A stretch of DNA of 49,450 nucleotides, counting the filler, from Trypethelium eluteriae (taxonomy: Eukaryota): assembly GCA_051942245.1 (NCBI GenBank). It is 2 parts of 2 records of this genome, joined end to end, with 100 filler letters (N's around TTAATTAATTAA, not from the genome) between each part and the next. Parts side by side here need not be neighbours in the genome. Positions count along the whole stretch, not along the records: positions 24,784 to 49,450 come from JAVECL010000397.1; 1 more part is not named here. One strand, given 5' to 3'. Below, one piece after another: positions 47,939 through 49,450 of this stretch. The notes under the pieces are model-generated. The model worked only from the letters and a program-made list of their open reading frames with translations, was not told where the DNA came from and did no database searches. Position numbers and translations under genes: made by a program. Positions within the stretch are counted from its first letter, which is position 1. Every line of letters starts with the position of its first letter.

Positions 47939-48751
47939 CCAGAGACGATGGGGATAGACGGTAGTTGTCTAAGCAGGCTGGTGAGATCGGAGAATTAGGT
48001 GGTCTTCTTTACAAGCGGCATTTTGCTGGCGGGTTCGTGCATCTCGAGCATGCCCTGTGTGTGTATAATAGGTAATATTCGTCGGCAGCGAATGGAGATA
48101 TATGGAATATAAATGTCATGGGCATAATATGTGAACGTCGGTCAAAAAGGCCTGAGAATATTGAGTCTTCAGAAAAAAACTCCACTAATCTCACAGTCAA
48201 GCTGCGTAGTTGTCGCTTTACCCTCTTCGTCATTCGAATATCGGTACTCGCTTCTTGCACGGGCAATGTAGGTACGAGAATCATCTGGGATTGCTTCTTT
48301 TACATTATTCTATCTTATCTTCTACGATATTATCTGCAGGCTGCAATATTCCCAACGGGATGAAGATAAACCGGAGTTTACGACCGGTCACAGGCAATGT
48401 ATGGTTCAGCAGTCAAAGGATGGAAACGATTTCGGAAAAGCTGAGCAGTGAAAATCTCAGGGGTAGGATCGAATTCGGTCGGCCCCAGCATTCAAACACC
48501 ACAGTCCATCGAAATAGACCTCGAGAGCTTGAGGGTCGTTCTGAAGCCCCCACAAAAAAAGAGCCTCTTGAAGAAGAGCGAGGTCAAGCTAGCTTTCATG
48601 ACTTCTCGCTACATGACTTAGTATGGCTGTCACTCACATTTGACGATCATCTTCCTTGAGGAATTCGTATCATGCTCTATCCTATTGTTCGGCTTTTCCT
48701 CATTCAACATAATCTTTGAAGGAATTTGGATTCATGGTTGGCTCTGACACA

Positions 48752-49450
48752 TCATGCGTCTTTTCTCATAAGCCACTGTAACTCTTTGGCTTGTTCGGCC
48801 GTCACCAGTCGTTCCAATCTCGCCTGACGCATAAAATCATGGTCTTCATACTCAAAACCGGGGACCACAGTCTGATCAAACCCACAATTAGCGTTGAACA
48901 GAAGCTGCACGTCCAACCAACATACCTCGCTAATCAACAACCCCTCACTCCCCTCCCTTCCCTCCTCGTCCGGCAACAAAAACGAAGCCTTATACTTGCC
49001 CCCGTCCACGATCCATTGTAACCTCTCCCCCTTCTCTAAATCCTTCCCCACAACGAACGTCTCCACCCTCGCCTTTCTCCCCTCCTTGCCTCCCGCAGCC
49101 GCATCATTCTCATCATAACTCCTCATCACCTCATTCGCATGCACAATCACATACCTCCCGCGCCCTCGATGCAGCGTATGCACCGTCCGGCCGCGATTCC
49201 TATGGAAGGCGCCGAGGGGTGACTTGGGTGTTATCAGGTAGAAGATGGTGGTGCTGGCAGCGCGAGTGAGGTGCTTGCCCTGCGCAGTCTGCGAGGCGAT
49301 GTGGGCGGGCTGGGCGATGGCTTCTTGGAGGAGGAATGGATTGGGGACGCGGTGCGAGTCCCGGTCGGTTTCGACGAAGTAGCCGCCTTCGATGTGGGGC
49401 TGCAGCTGGAGGGTTTGAATGAGGGAGGCAAGGCGGGGGGACTCGGAAGG
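48752..49450 (-). CDS. DUF985 / Cupin_5 family protein (YML079W-like); 5' end outside the window
   Basis: The frame reads LQLQPHIEGGYFVETDRD...STTIFYLITPKSPLGAFHRNRGRTVHTLHRGRGRY...LQWIVDGGKYKAS...LISE/TVVPGFEYEDH. Intron 48925..48872. Confidence 0.9.
   Translation of the reverse strand, partial: PSESPRLASLIQTLQLQPHIEGGYFVETDRDSHRVPNPFLLQEAIAQPAHIASQTAQGKHLTRAASTTIFYLITPKSPLGAFHRNRGRTVHTLHRGRGRYVIVHANEVMRSYDENDAAAGGKEGRKARVETFVVGKDLEKGERLQWIVDGGKYKASFLLPDEEGREGSEGLLISEVCWLDVQLLFNANCGFDQTVVPGFEYEDHDFMRQARLERLVTAEQAKELQWLMRKDA

Noticed and set aside
48210..48659. 149-aa ORF between MAM3 and the cupin gene
   Set aside because: Non-ATG start, no recognisable domain, and it lies in convergent 3' regions; probably spurious.
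12695..48925. Five stop-free introns of length 3n (EFG1 57 nt, SIP3 57 nt, CCT5 69 nt, HP1 63 nt, cupin 54 nt)
   Set aside because: With roughly 30 short introns in the window, a few such cases are expected by chance. All have canonical splice signals and interrupt conserved motifs. They matter only because the ORF track reads through them.

Overview
Gene-dense genomic DNA from a filamentous ascomycete. The evidence is short GT-AG introns with CTRAC branch points and Pezizomycotina-type orthologues; the exact taxon cannot be determined here. I can support 19 protein-coding genes, most of them conserved housekeeping genes: EFR3 (partial), TEF1, SEA4/MIOS, EFG1, SIP3/LAM1, PFF1, a P-loop+HAD fusion, CCT5, HP1/Swi6, an alpha/beta hydrolase, a secreted SGNH/CE3 esterase, a small mitochondrial-type hypothetical protein, RSM1/PML39, MET22, MRPL6, KAR5/Tht1, a MARVEL-like protein, MAM3/CNNM and a DUF985 cupin (partial). 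A 100-nt scaffolding gap carries an artificial TTAATTAATTAA linker. I recognised no tRNA, rRNA, CRISPR array or intact transposon. The least-explained signals are: (i) a degenerate tandem array of ~75-80-nt hairpin-forming units directly upstream of an intronless P-loop/HAD gene that seems to lack the phosphoribosyltransferase domain I expect in its family; (ii) a ~150-bp centred fold-back next to a probable pseudogene; (iii) recurrent C-rich to G-rich skew switches with the same polarity whatever the gene strand; (iv) a nested long hairpin in the large TEF1 intron. All identifications are by eye from motifs; no searches were run.
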